Below, one piece after another: positions 46,224-55,601 of a DNA stretch of 64,000 nt. Origin of the DNA: an uncultured Acidimicrobiaceae bacterium (lineage in GTDB: Bacteria > Actinomycetota > Acidimicrobiia > Acidimicrobiales > SZUA-35); NCBI GenBank assembly GCA_964351995.1, contig CAYGQE010000026.1, positions 2,460-66,459 of the forward strand. The letters run 5' to 3'. The translations under genes and the position numbers were made by a program. Under the pieces are notes generated by a model. That model was not told where the DNA came from and made no database searches. It was given only the letters and a program-made list of their open reading frames with translations. The number at the start of each line of letters is the position of its first letter. Positions within the stretch are counted from its first letter, which is position 1.

Positions 46224-48143
46224 ATGTACGCCGTGAAGTTTCGAATCTGTGGATCGCGCAAGGCCGCTGTGCTCGTTGCCGCCTGGTCGATCGCAGCGTT
46301 GCTCGTCACCGACCCAGCAGTACCCTCAACCCCGGCCGCATCGGCCCTTCCACCCAGCTCAGCCTCGGCCAGCGAGTTCGACAGCAGCCAGCCGTTCGCG
46401 CTGGTGTCATACGATGGTCCGGGCGAACCTCACATCGACACCCTCGATGGCGCACCACCGTCTCGAAGTGAAGTAGCGGCTGTTGGCGAGGCTCTCGACT
46501 TTCGAATCGTTGAACCACCGGCGCACATGGCGTACGCAACCGCTGGGTCCAACTACTTCTGGCGGGGCGAACCCGACGACTTGGACGTCCATCTCCGCAC
46601 CCTCAGCTACATTCCGGACGAAGCGGTTCTGATCATCAAGGAAGTCTTCGCAGACTTCCAGGACACGATCGACATGGACCTGCCAGACGAGCTCTGGCAT
46701 GAAATCGACGTGAGCTGGGACACCGACCTACCTGCAGGTGTACTCGCCGGCGCATCGACCACCTGGGTGACCGTGAGCCAAGGAGGATCCACGTTCCGGC
46801 TCCCTCTCGCTCTCTACGAATCTCTTGGTGGCACCGGTGCCACCAACAACGCTCCGTCGATGTCCATCACGATCAACGCGAATGCAGATTGGGACATGGC
46901 ACTGCAGCCCGCGAATACCACGATCACCAACTTCTATCTGAAGACTGTTCTGCTGCACGAGGTCGGCCATGGCCTGGGGTTCGCTTCGGGGATTTCGAGC
47001 CCGGAAGCGGCCGACTCTTCCTTCCCCACGCCTTGGAGCACTCGCATCTACCGACAGCAAGACCTCGCGTGGTCCCTGAACGCCCATGGCAGTGAGATCC
47101 TCGAATCCAACGACCTCTGGTTCGAGAATGCTGATGGTACGTGGGAGCGCATCTTCGACCCATCCACCTGGCAAGCGGGCTCATCCCTCAGCCACCTCAA
47201 CGAATCGACGTACCCCTACGTCGCTGGTTCGCTCGAATCCCCTGGTGCCCTCATGACCCCGTATCTCCAACGGGGCGAGATCAGTCAGATCGATGGGATC
47301 GTGGTCGGCATGCTCGCTCGACTTGGCTACAACACCTTCCTGGGCCCTCTCGCACCAACGATCAGCCTCGCCCAAGACGACGACACCATCACGATCAGCA
47401 TCGACCCCGTCGAAGGCGGAGCAGCAAACGTCCCCGCCGAGACATGGACCGTGCGGTTGGTGGATGACAGCGACATCGTGGTCGCCCAACAGACGGTCCT
47501 CGCAACGGTGCGAGACGTTGCCTTCGCTGGGCTCCAGGCCGACACCGCCCATACCGCCATCGTCATCGGCACAACCGACGGGAACAGCAACGAGGTCTCC
47601 ATTCGGTTCACGACCGAGCCAGCTCCGCTGATGACCACCACGACCGCCGCCCAGACAACGACGGAGGCGACCGCCACGACCACAACAACCACAACAACCA
47701 CGAGCACAACAGCAACCAGTGCGACAACCGTGGAGCCGAGAGCAGTGTCTCCCGCATCGGCGTGTCTCCTCGAGGGCAACGCCGACCAATTCGCACTCAG
47801 CTCAGAGCAGGCTGCATCGGTCTACCGGCTGTACTGCTCCTACTTCCTGCGACTCCCCGACACCAACGGCTTTGCGTACTGGTTGAGGCAGAACGAGTCC
47901 GGAACCAGTCTCCGGCGGATCTCTGACTTCTTCGCTGACTCCAACGAATTCAGAGAACGGTACGGAAGCCTCACGGCGCGAGAATACGTCACCCTGACCT
48001 ACGCGAACGTCCTCGAACGCTTGCCCGACGAAGGCGGCTACAACTACTGGGTTTCCCGCTTGGACAGCGGACTGTTGCGAGGGGATCTCACGCTTTACTT
48101 CTCGGACTCCGCTGAATTCAGAGAGCGGACGCACACCGGATAG
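46224..48143 (+). CDS. Secreted zinc metalloprotease-like protein with Fn3-like domain, Thr-rich linker and C-terminal DUF4214-like domain
   Basis: Signal peptide, HEVGHGLGF, GSSLSHL, LMTP, poly-Thr, and RLY..YF.R.PD..G..YW..F..S.EF..Y.NVL.R.PD..G..YW. Confidence 0.82.
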   Translation: MYAVKFRICGSRKAAVLVAAWSIAALLVTDPAVPSTPAASALPPSSASASEFDSSQPFALVSYDGPGEPHIDTLDGAPPSRSEVAAVGEALDFRIVEPPAHMAYATAGSNYFWRGEPDDLDVHLRTLSYIPDEAVLIIKEVFADFQDTIDMDLPDELWHEIDVSWDTDLPAGVLAGASTTWVTVSQGGSTFRLPLALYESLGGTGATNNAPSMSITINANADWDMALQPANTTITNFYLKTVLLHEVGHGLGFASGISSPEAADSSFPTPWSTRIYRQQDLAWSLNAHGSEILESNDLWFENADGTWERIFDPSTWQAGSSLSHLNESTYPYVAGSLESPGALMTPYLQRGEISQIDGIVVGMLARLGYNTFLGPLAPTISLAQDDDTITISIDPVEGGAANVPAETWTVRLVDDSDIVVAQQTVLATVRDVAFAGLQADTAHTAIVIGTTDGNSNEVSIRFTTEPAPLMTTTTAAQTTTEATATTTTTTTTTSTTATSATTVEPRAVSPASACLLEGNADQFALSSEQAASVYRLYCSYFLRLPDTNGFAYWLRQNESGTSLRRISDFFADSNEFRERYGSLTAREYVTLTYANVLERLPDEGGYNYWVSRLDSGLLRGDLTLYFSDSAEFRERTHTG

Positions 48144-48176
48144 GCGGTTGCCTCCGGCGGTGATGTGCGTCGTGGA

Positions 48177-49154
48177 TCAGAGGCTGAAGACGAAGCCGGT
48201 GATGACGATCTCGACCCGGCGATTCAACTGTTGACCTTCTGGGGTGGCGTTGTCGGCAACCGGGTCAGTTTCGCCAAGACCAACCGCTGTGATGCGGTCT
48301 GGGTCGGCGCCCTGAGACACCCAGAAAGCCTCGACCGCATCGACTCGGGACTGCGAGAGTGCGAGATTTGTCTCGTCGGAGCCGGCAGAGTCGGTGTGGC
48401 CGTACACCTCGATGGTGACGCCTTCCTGAATCTCCATCAGTACGACACCGAGGCCAAGCAGCGGGTAGAAGTCAGGGGCGATCTCGGCACTGCCGAACTG
48501 AAAAAGCACAGTGTCTTCGATGAAGACGTCGGATGCACGGCCCATCTCGAAGGGTGCATCAGGATCGATCACGTACTCAGAGATGACGTTGCCTTCGCCG
48601 AGAATCTCTTCCAGCGCATTCACGGCGCCGATCTCGATCAGCGGGCTGGGAATCTCACCACGCAAATACAACTTGCCGCGGCTGAGCACGGAGTAACTGC
48701 CTTCGGCTCCGGCTGGGATGGCGGGCGAGTAAACGTCGCCAGCATCAGCTTCTTCGCCGTCAGAGGTCTCGTCCACTGCATCGCTCGGTGCCAGGTCGTT
48801 TGCATCCTGCTCAGCCACCAGATCAGCGACGTCGGTGTCGGCCTCGTCGACGTCGGTACCACCAGGCGCTGCGTCAGTGTCGTCGAGTGCGGTGTCGTCG
48901 AGTGCGAGCTGCTCGCTCTGCACGGTTGCTTCTTCGGGCTCAGCGCCGTCGTCGCCACCACCCATGACGATGAAGCCAGCGAAAGCAACAGCGGCGATGG
49001 CGACGGCCCCGCCGATGATCCCGGCAAGCGGAACCCCTGCTTTGTCATCGCGTTCTTCCTCGCGCTGCTCAGGCACTGCTCCGCGATCCTTGGGCCGATT
49101 CAGTTCTTCCCACATGTTGGTGGGTCGGTTCTCTCCTGAGGACGAATCAGTCAT
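48177..49154 (-). CDS. Second membrane-anchored BON-like + OmpA-C protein (paralogue of 18090..19094)
   Basis: TM, acidic linker, GEGNVISEYVIDP, GHTDSAG..NL.LS..R and NRRVEI. Confidence 0.87.
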   Translation of the reverse strand: MTDSSSGENRPTNMWEELNRPKDRGAVPEQREEERDDKAGVPLAGIIGGAVAIAAVAFAGFIVMGGGDDGAEPEEATVQSEQLALDDTALDDTDAAPGGTDVDEADTDVADLVAEQDANDLAPSDAVDETSDGEEADAGDVYSPAIPAGAEGSYSVLSRGKLYLRGEIPSPLIEIGAVNALEEILGEGNVISEYVIDPDAPFEMGRASDVFIEDTVLFQFGSAEIAPDFYPLLGLGVVLMEIQEGVTIEVYGHTDSAGSDETNLALSQSRVDAVEAFWVSQGADPDRITAVGLGETDPVADNATPEGQQLNRRVEIVITGFVFSL

Positions 49155-49230
49155 ACGACTCCGTCGGCACAATTGGCCGATTTCATGAGCCGATCGGACC
49201 AGATTTTGCGCGACGAACTAGAAAGGATCC

Positions 49231-49623
49231 GTGCTCGAACGGACCATCACGCTGCCCATCGAGGCCGGTGCCGCCCTACGGGAGACGCTCGCCATCCTCG
49301 AAGACCACCGAGAAGCAGAGGACCCCTACCGCTCGGCCTCGCTGAATCTGAAGATCCTCGAGGCGTGGGACGAGGAGGAGTGGTCTTCGATGAAGGCCGA
49401 CGATCGCCCAATCGAGTTCGACATCGAGGATGCTGCGCTCGTACTGCAAGGCCTGGCGTTCACCGAGACGATGAGCGCCGAGTTCCCGTGGTTCGACATG
49501 GTCGTGTGGACAGTAGATTTCATCGTCGGACAGCTTCGGCCGCAGTGGACCGAGGATGAGTGGGACCAACTGGCCAAGAAGCAGCGCCCCTACGGCAGCA
49601 GCCCCTTCCGTACTGGCTACTGA
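49231..49623 (+). CDS. Hypothetical acidic protein (130 aa)
   Basis: Clean ORF with genome-typical codons. No recognised motif. Confidence 0.65.
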   Translation: MLERTITLPIEAGAALRETLAILEDHREAEDPYRSASLNLKILEAWDEEEWSSMKADDRPIEFDIEDAALVLQGLAFTETMSAEFPWFDMVVWTVDFIVGQLRPQWTEDEWDQLAKKQRPYGSSPFRTGY

Positions 49624-49659
49624 CCGCGTTGGCTACTGACCGCGTTGGCTACTGACCGC
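49614..49659 (+). repeat. 16-bp tandem repeat (about 2.9 copies) spanning a stop codon
   Basis: TGGCTACTGACCGCGT x2 plus TGGCTACTGACCGC. Confidence 0.9.
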
Positions 49660-49664
49660 ACGAG

Positions 49665-49695
49665 AAAAACCCGAGGCCATGGGAGGCCCCGGGTT
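49665..49695 (-). terminator. Intrinsic terminator of the sigma-70 gene
   Basis: AACCCGAGGCC/GGCCCCGGGTT hairpin with an A5 tract on the plus strand (U tract on minus). Confidence 0.65.
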
Positions 49696-49716
49696 CACAT
49701 CGAACGACATCGAGTT

Positions 49717-50652
49717 CTAGACAGCGAGCAGGTCGCGAGCCCCGGTGTCGGAGCTGGGGTGACGGAGCTTCGACATTGCCCTGGCTTCGATCTGACGAAT
49801 GCGCTCACGGGTGAGGTTGAAGTACTCGCCCACCTCCTCGAGCGTGCGAGGCTCGCCGCGATCGAGCCCGAAGCGGAGCTTGAGGATTTCTCGTTCACGT
49901 TCATCGAGAGGCGCCAACAAGCGGGCGATCTCTTCAGGAAGCAGCGCAGTAGCTGCAACCTCGAACGGTGAGTCAGCGCCGCGATCTTCGACCACGTCGC
50001 CGAGTTCTGCGTCACCGTCTTCACGAAGCGGTTCTGAAAGCGAGAGCGGCTCGGCAGCGAAGCGAAGTGCCTCGGTCACCTTGTCCTCGGGCATCTCGAC
50101 TTCGACCGAGAGTTCGGTGAGCGTGGCCGGGCGGCCGTACTTGAGCTCGAGCCGAGCACGCGCCTTCTGCAACCGGGCGAGCGTGTCGCCAGCGTGCACG
50201 GGGAGTCGAATGGTGCGACCGGTGTTGGCGATACCACGCGTGATGGCCTGGCGAATCCACCATGTGGCGTAGGTCGAGAACTTGAAGCCCTTGCGCCAGT
50301 CGAACTTCTCGACTGCGTGCATCAGACCGAGGTTGCCTTCTTGGATCAGGTCGAGCAGGGGAAGTCCCGATGCCTGATACTTCTTCGCGATCGACACCAC
50401 GAGACGAAGGTTGGACTGCACGAATGTGCGCTCGGCTTCGCGGCCTTTCCGGACAGTGCGACGCAATTCACGCTTGCGTGCAGGGGTGGGTGCTTCGGCA
50501 GCTTCGAGTTCCTCAGCCGCTTCTTTGCCAGCCTCGATGGCCTGGGCAAGACGCACTTCGTCTTCTTTTGTCAGCAGCGGGTACTGACCAATATCGGTCA
50601 GGTAAAGCCTGACAAGGTCCTCTTCGTCCCGCTCGACTCGCTCCTTCGCCAA
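49717..50652 (-). CDS. RpoD-like sigma-70 factor lacking region 1.1 (group 1/2)
   Basis: DLVRLYL, NLRLVVSIAKKY, DLIQEGNLGL, KFSTYATWWIRQAITR and TRERIRQIE. TTG start. Confidence 0.93.
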   Translation of the reverse strand: MAKERVERDEEDLVRLYLTDIGQYPLLTKEDEVRLAQAIEAGKEAAEELEAAEAPTPARKRELRRTVRKGREAERTFVQSNLRLVVSIAKKYQASGLPLLDLIQEGNLGLMHAVEKFDWRKGFKFSTYATWWIRQAITRGIANTGRTIRLPVHAGDTLARLQKARARLELKYGRPATLTELSVEVEMPEDKVTEALRFAAEPLSLSEPLREDGDAELGDVVEDRGADSPFEVAATALLPEEIARLLAPLDEREREILKLRFGLDRGEPRTLEEVGEYFNLTRERIRQIEARAMSKLRHPSSDTGARDLLAV

Positions 50653-50829
50653 GACAATCCCCGATCTCGTTGATGGTGGAAATTCACCATCGGCAACGGC
50701 ACAACGTCCTTCGAGACTACCGAGTGTCCCTCGTAGTTGTGCTATCGAATGAAGTTCCACCTACAGGTGTAAGCGGTACGACAGAGGTGTCGGCACCAAT
50801 GCCCCCCGCCTTGAGAGACAGGATCATCC

Positions 50830-51180
50830 ATGAACGAGACCTCCGAGCAGAGGTCGCTGCAGGCAACCGGCGACGAGATCGAGCCCGTGATGGTCACCAT
50901 GAGGTTCGAGACCGAACAGGTCACCGAACTGCTGGCGGTGCTGTCGAAGTACGTCGTGCTGAGCCGCATGGACGTTGCAGCTCGCAACATCGACCTCGTG
51001 GCATCGGTGACCAGACCTGGCCGTTTCACGATCATCGAAAAGTGGGACTCCGAGGCTGCTCAGCAGGCGCACTTCGACAGCATCGTGATGGTCGAGATGG
51101 CGAGCGCTTGCAAGGGACTGCTCAGCGCCCCACCAGACATCGACCTGCACGAGGCCGTCACCATGCATGATCTCGACTGA
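50830..51180 (+). CDS. Antibiotic biosynthesis monooxygenase (ABM) family protein
   Basis: YVVLSR and F.IIEKWDS..AQQAHFDS. Confidence 0.8.
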   Translation: MNETSEQRSLQATGDEIEPVMVTMRFETEQVTELLAVLSKYVVLSRMDVAARNIDLVASVTRPGRFTIIEKWDSEAAQQAHFDSIVMVEMASACKGLLSAPPDIDLHEAVTMHDLD

Positions 51181-51211
51181 CCACGATCTCGACTTGTCCA
51201 ACGTGGATTGG

Positions 51212-51757
51212 TCAGGAGCGAGGCGCGCAACACTCCAAGATCTGTTGGTACGTCAAGTCGGTTCCGGCCCACAGCTCCTCGAAGGCGTGGTCGGCGGCAT
51301 CGCTGAAACCATGACGGTTGCGGAAGTTGTACAGGTGCTTCGGCTTGTGCACCCGGTAGCCAGCTCGCTGCACCCTGGCGTGGGTGTAGACCGACCACGC
51401 GATCTTGTCAGCGAAATCACTCGGCTCGCCGATGTCGGGGGCGCCGAACCCATCGCTGGTGCGGTCGAGGTATTCGATGAAGAGTGATGCCAGCGAAACC
51501 GATGCAATCTCGACACCGAACTCTCGGGGTTTGCGCGTGTCTTCGAACGCACCGCTGTCCATGGCGAAGATCACTGGATCCAGTGATGTGATGGCCATGC
51601 GAGCGGTCGGCTGATCTTCGTCGATGACCAACTCGACGTCCGCGCCCTCGAGACTCGTGCCTCCGCCGATCCTCGACTGCACATCCTCGACCACCGGCAC
51701 GATCTGATCGAGCCGGTACTCGACTTTGGTGAACGTGCTCGGTGCGACCGAGATCAT
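51212..51757 (-). CDS. Hypothetical protein
   Basis: ATGA-coupled to the upstream gene. Distinctive YNFRNRHGFSD motif. Confidence 0.7.
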   Translation of the reverse strand: MISVAPSTFTKVEYRLDQIVPVVEDVQSRIGGGTSLEGADVELVIDEDQPTARMAITSLDPVIFAMDSGAFEDTRKPREFGVEIASVSLASLFIEYLDRTSDGFGAPDIGEPSDFADKIAWSVYTHARVQRAGYRVHKPKHLYNFRNRHGFSDAADHAFEELWAGTDLTYQQILECCAPRS

Positions 51758-52419
51758 CCGGCCGTCCCGCCTGCATCGGCGTCCATGGCGAACGAACCGA
51801 CCGACCCAGGGCCAGTGACGCCGCCGGCGGTCAACATCAACGACGTCAGCTTGGCGTGGTGATCGGCTGCTCGCTGCGCATCTTCGGGGGTCTCGATCAG
51901 CGACTGCAGGATCATCTCACCTTCACGCCACTCATCCATGTCGTCTTGGAGGCAGAAGTCGAGCGAGCGGATGGTCGGAGCATCGGTGATGAACGACGTG
52001 TTGTTCCGATGGAACGTGTAGGCGGCGATCAGGTGCGGGAGCAGCACCCGATACATCCCCACCATCTTCTCGATGGTCTGATCTGCAGCTTCCGGGGCCG
52101 ACAGAGCTTCGACGAACGCCACGAACTCGTCGTTCGCCGGGATCGTGACCTTCTCCGGGCTCATTTCTCGCAACTCGGGCAGCCGCTTGTGCCACAGCTC
52201 GGAGTGGAAAGCGTGGTGGTAGCAATGGGTGCCGAGGCGAAGCTTGATGTCGAGCTCTGGGATCGTGGCCACCCAACCTCCCATGAGCTCGAAGATCTTC
52301 ATCTCGACCCACTTGTAGTGACCGGCTCGCTTTGCTGTCTCTTCAACGGAAAACCGGCCGGGCAGTTCGCGCCGATCCCACGGAGCGAACGGTGTGCGTG
52401 GTTTGGACGAGTCGGCCAT
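51754..52419 (-). CDS. Hypothetical ferritin-like four-helix-bundle protein
   Basis: All-helical pattern with EMK, HCYHHAFH..RLPEL and QDDMDE. Start ATG 52419. Confidence 0.65.
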   Translation of the reverse strand: MADSSKPRTPFAPWDRRELPGRFSVEETAKRAGHYKWVEMKIFELMGGWVATIPELDIKLRLGTHCYHHAFHSELWHKRLPELREMSPEKVTIPANDEFVAFVEALSAPEAADQTIEKMVGMYRVLLPHLIAAYTFHRNNTSFITDAPTIRSLDFCLQDDMDEWREGEMILQSLIETPEDAQRAADHHAKLTSLMLTAGGVTGPGSVGSFAMDADAGGTAG

Positions 52420-52516
52420 GGTGAGTCCCCTTCGACAATGGCGAGTCGCAGCAACGAACTGCGAGAGCGTTCGGACAGTACCGCTCACACCGTGCCGGAG
52501 CGAACGAGTGCGTTGC

Positions 52517-53797
52517 TCAGCCGCCCTCCATCGAGGCTCGACCGGCGAGCGCTTCCCGTCGCCGTTCGAGATGTCGGCGTTCTGCCTCATGGCTACAGCA
52601 TTGCTGTGCTTGTTCCAAGGCCGCGACGGCCTCGGCGTTGCGGCCCAATCGGGCGAGACACTCGCCACGGGCCGCGTGGAAGTACGGGTAGGCAACGAGG
52701 TCCCCGTCGAGATCCTCGGCCAGTGGAATGGCATCGAGAGCGACCAACGCCTGCTCCGGTCCGACTGCCTCGGCGACCGCAATCGCGCGATTCAGCGCCA
52801 AGAGTGCGGACGGCTGACGACGCAGGAGGCCGTTGTACAACCGAACGATTCCGGCCCAGTCGGTGTCGCTGAAGCTCGGGGCGGTCGCATGTTTCGCAGC
52901 GATCGCCGCGTGGAGTTGGAAGAGCCCAGCGTGGCGTGCTGCGTACGCCCGGCCCAGCACCGCCAGGCCGCGATCGATTTGCTGACAGTCCCACTCGGTG
53001 CGGTCTTGGTCGACGAGAAGAATGGGAAGACCAACCTGGTCAACGCGAGTCGCTCGACGGGCGTCGATCAGCAGCATCAACGCCAGGAGGCCAGCTACTT
53101 CAGGTTCGCCAGGCAGCAAACGGTGCAGGAGTTCGCCGAGCCAGATCGCCTCGTCGCACAGATCGCCGCGGATCAGCTCACCGGCTCCCGTGCTCAGGTG
53201 CCCCTCGGTGAAGATCGAGTGGATCACACCGCAGACCGATGGCAGACGCTCGGCAAGCGTCTCCACTGTCGGCGACTCGAACGGGATACCAGCGAGACGG
53301 ATCTTCTCCTTTGCACGAGAAATCCGACGGGTCATCGTGGCTTCACTCACCAGAAATGCTTTGGCGATTTGCAGTGTCGAGAGCCCTCCCACGATCCGAA
53401 GCGTCAGGGCAACTTGAGCTTCGGGTGCCAACGCCGGGTGGCAGCACCCGACCATGAGCGCCAACTGATCGTCCAATGCCTCATCGAACTCGACCTCACT
53501 CCCGCCGCTCCGCTTCGCATCCTCTTCGCCGATCAACGGGATCAACGCATCAAAACGCTGCACTCGTCGCAGCCGGTCGATTGCTCGCCGTCGAGCAGTG
53601 GTGAGCAGCCATGCCGCTGGCTTCAGCGGCACACCTTCGGACTCCCACCGTCGACTGGCTTCAGCGAATGCCTCTTGGGCCGCATCTTCTGCAGCAGCCA
53701 CATCGCCGAAGTCCCTGACCAAGATCGCGACGAGCCGCGTCCACTCCTGGTCAAAGACTGCAGCGACCTGAGCAGCGGAGGTTTGCGAGCCGCTCAG
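52517..53797 (-). CDS. ECF42-type sigma factor with long C-terminal (DUF6596/TPR) extension
   Basis: AEDAAQEAF, CCHPAL, LTLR..GGL, RGDLCDEAI.L, DW..I..LY and LNRAIA. Coupled to YciI. Start possibly CTG 53797. Confidence 0.88.
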   Translation of the reverse strand: MSGSQTSAAQVAAVFDQEWTRLVAILVRDFGDVAAAEDAAQEAFAEASRRWESEGVPLKPAAWLLTTARRRAIDRLRRVQRFDALIPLIGEEDAKRSGGSEVEFDEALDDQLALMVGCCHPALAPEAQVALTLRIVGGLSTLQIAKAFLVSEATMTRRISRAKEKIRLAGIPFESPTVETLAERLPSVCGVIHSIFTEGHLSTGAGELIRGDLCDEAIWLGELLHRLLPGEPEVAGLLALMLLIDARRATRVDQVGLPILLVDQDRTEWDCQQIDRGLAVLGRAYAARHAGLFQLHAAIAAKHATAPSFSDTDWAGIVRLYNGLLRRQPSALLALNRAIAVAEAVGPEQALVALDAIPLAEDLDGDLVAYPYFHAARGECLARLGRNAEAVAALEQAQQCCSHEAERRHLERRREALAGRASMEGG

Positions 53798-54147
53798 TCG
53801 TCGAACTCCATGACCGGGCGGACCTCGACGTGTCCGAAGGAAGCATTCGGGATCTTGGCTGCCCAAGCGAGCGCTTCATCGAGATTGGCGACATCGATCA
53901 CGTAGAAGCCTCCGATGATCTCCTTGGATTCGATGAACGGACCATCGGTGACGACACGTTCACCGTTGCGCATCGACACGGTGGTTGCGGTCTCGGTTCC
54001 CTGCAGCGCCTCGCCGCTGACCATCGCCCCGATCTCGCCCAGCGCCGAGCTGTAGTCGGCCCACTCTTGCATGTAAGGACCGAACTCGGCGCTTTCCGGT
54101 GTCGGTTCGTCGCTGGGATCGCTGACCAACATGAGCATGTACTTCAT
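53794..54147 (-). CDS. YciI / DGPF-family protein
   Basis: MKYMLM, TDGPFIESKE.IGGFYVID and VEVRPV. Confidence 0.93.
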   Translation of the reverse strand: MKYMLMLVSDPSDEPTPESAEFGPYMQEWADYSSALGEIGAMVSGEALQGTETATTVSMRNGERVVTDGPFIESKEIIGGFYVIDVANLDEALAWAAKIPNASFGHVEVRPVMEFDD

Positions 54148-54194
54148 GGGATTCTCCTCGTTTCACTGGCCGACTGACGCAGTGTTGGCCTCAT

Positions 54195-54221
54195 GACGAA
54201 CGGAGCCCACAGATCCGGACA
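54195..54221 (-). promoter_or_regulatory. Candidate ECF42 autoregulatory promoter
   Basis: Minus strand TGTCCG-N17-CGTC upstream of the DGPF gene. Resembles the reported ECF42 motif (-35 TGTCGA, -10 CGA/TC). Confidence 0.5.
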
Positions 54222-54237
54222 GTCGGCCTGAATTCTT

Positions 54238-55506
54238 TCAGCCCCCGGATGTTGACCAATGCCACGGTTCGCTGGGCAAGTTGAAGAGCCCGTAGCTCGA
54301 AGCGTTTGCGCTCAGCCAGTTCCAGGCTGCGCCGGACCGACTTCCGATGATGCGCCCGTTGTAGGTGAAATCGATGGCGAGGCCACGCTCGTGCATCGAC
54401 GTGCCCGGGCGTGCCGTTGGCGGTCGACAACTACTGGCCGGCATCTCGTAGATCGCGTAGTTGCTCGTGCCGCAGTTGTTCTTTCGGACGGCGATCTGAC
54501 CGGCAGGATCTCGATAGCCGCCACCAGCGAGAGGCACGCCCGCAGCTGCGGCATCAGCGAGCAACCGTCGAATGTTCTCAGCGATCGAGTTGTGGACCCA
54601 GATGCCGTTTCCGACGCTCACGATCTCGCTGGAGGTCACCGGTGTGCTTGGCGTACTGCCGCCACCCGACGTTGGAGCGGGAGGGGCCTGCCGAGCGAGC
54701 TCGGCGGCAAGATCAGCCTGGGCTTGTTGTTCCTCCGCTGCGAGTTCCACCCCGAGCGCCTCGAGACTTGCCTGTTCGGCGAGCAGCGAATTGAACTTCT
54801 CTTCCGCAGCAGCTGTGAGTTCGGCTTGCACGGCCTGACTGTCTTGCAGCGTGGTCAACTCAGCGGCCAGTTCAGTGCTGAGCGTCTCGGCATCACGTGC
54901 TGCCTGTTCGGCAATGCCCTGTTCGACCTCGAGGTCCTCGCGGGCCGCTCGCAACGAATCGACCACGTCGACGCCGCTTTGGGTCACTTCGTCGACCAGC
55001 ACCTGCATCCGCAGACCGAGGTTGGGATCGTCACTCTCGACGATGACGGTCGACGTCTCGTTTTGATTCACGAACGAAGAGATCGCTTGGGCCGCGAGAC
55101 GGTCTTCGAGCGCCGCGATCAACGCCTCGCCCTCGAGCACCGCAGCGGCCGCTGTCTCGAGCGTCAGCTGTGCGTCGGCCAACTGCCGCTGTGCATTGTC
55201 AACTCGCCCCTGCTGGGAATTCACCGATGAATTGACCGCAGCGAGCGCAGCCGAGATTTCTTCGAGCTCAGCATCGGCCACGTCGACCTCGCCTGCCTTG
55301 GCTGTTGCTGCAGCCTCGGCGGCTCGACGTTCTTCGCGAATACGGTCGATCTCGGCGTTTGTCTGGGTATGGCCCACACCGGCAGTGGCGGCGAGCAACA
55401 GCCCACACGCCAAGACGACAACAACTCGCTTGAGCGACCAGCCTCGGCTCGACCCGCGCCGCGGTGACACACGTCGCGGTGGTCGGGCGCTCGTCGAAGA
55501 TGTCAC
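54238..55506 (-). CDS. Secreted coiled-coil + M15 (VanY-like) peptidoglycan peptidase
   Basis: Signal peptide, long coiled coil, GYR, ARPGTSMHERGLAID and EPWHW. Confidence 0.88.
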   Translation of the reverse strand: MTSSTSARPPRRVSPRRGSSRGWSLKRVVVVLACGLLLAATAGVGHTQTNAEIDRIREERRAAEAAATAKAGEVDVADAELEEISAALAAVNSSVNSQQGRVDNAQRQLADAQLTLETAAAAVLEGEALIAALEDRLAAQAISSFVNQNETSTVIVESDDPNLGLRMQVLVDEVTQSGVDVVDSLRAAREDLEVEQGIAEQAARDAETLSTELAAELTTLQDSQAVQAELTAAAEEKFNSLLAEQASLEALGVELAAEEQQAQADLAAELARQAPPAPTSGGGSTPSTPVTSSEIVSVGNGIWVHNSIAENIRRLLADAAAAGVPLAGGGYRDPAGQIAVRKNNCGTSNYAIYEMPASSCRPPTARPGTSMHERGLAIDFTYNGRIIGSRSGAAWNWLSANASSYGLFNLPSEPWHWSTSGG

Positions 55507-55601
55507 AACGAGGTGAGGCTAGTCACTGCGACCCACCCAGCACAGGGCAGGCCACCTGCCTGGGTTGATCTGCCTGCCAGGCCGCAGCCCGACCGACCGA
55601 G

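Noticed and set aside
47630..47735. ACA/ACC-rich repeat tract
   Set aside because: Encodes the poly-Thr linker of the surface protein.
49614..49659. Possible mini-CRISPR
   Set aside because: Repeats are contiguous 16-mers with no spacers, and there are no cas genes.
54238..55506. vanY resistance gene or c-di-AMP riboswitch upstream
   Set aside because: The coiled-coil M15 architecture fits a housekeeping wall peptidase. The 55525-55590 hairpin lacks recognisable ydaO motifs and lies upstream of the apparent -10 box.
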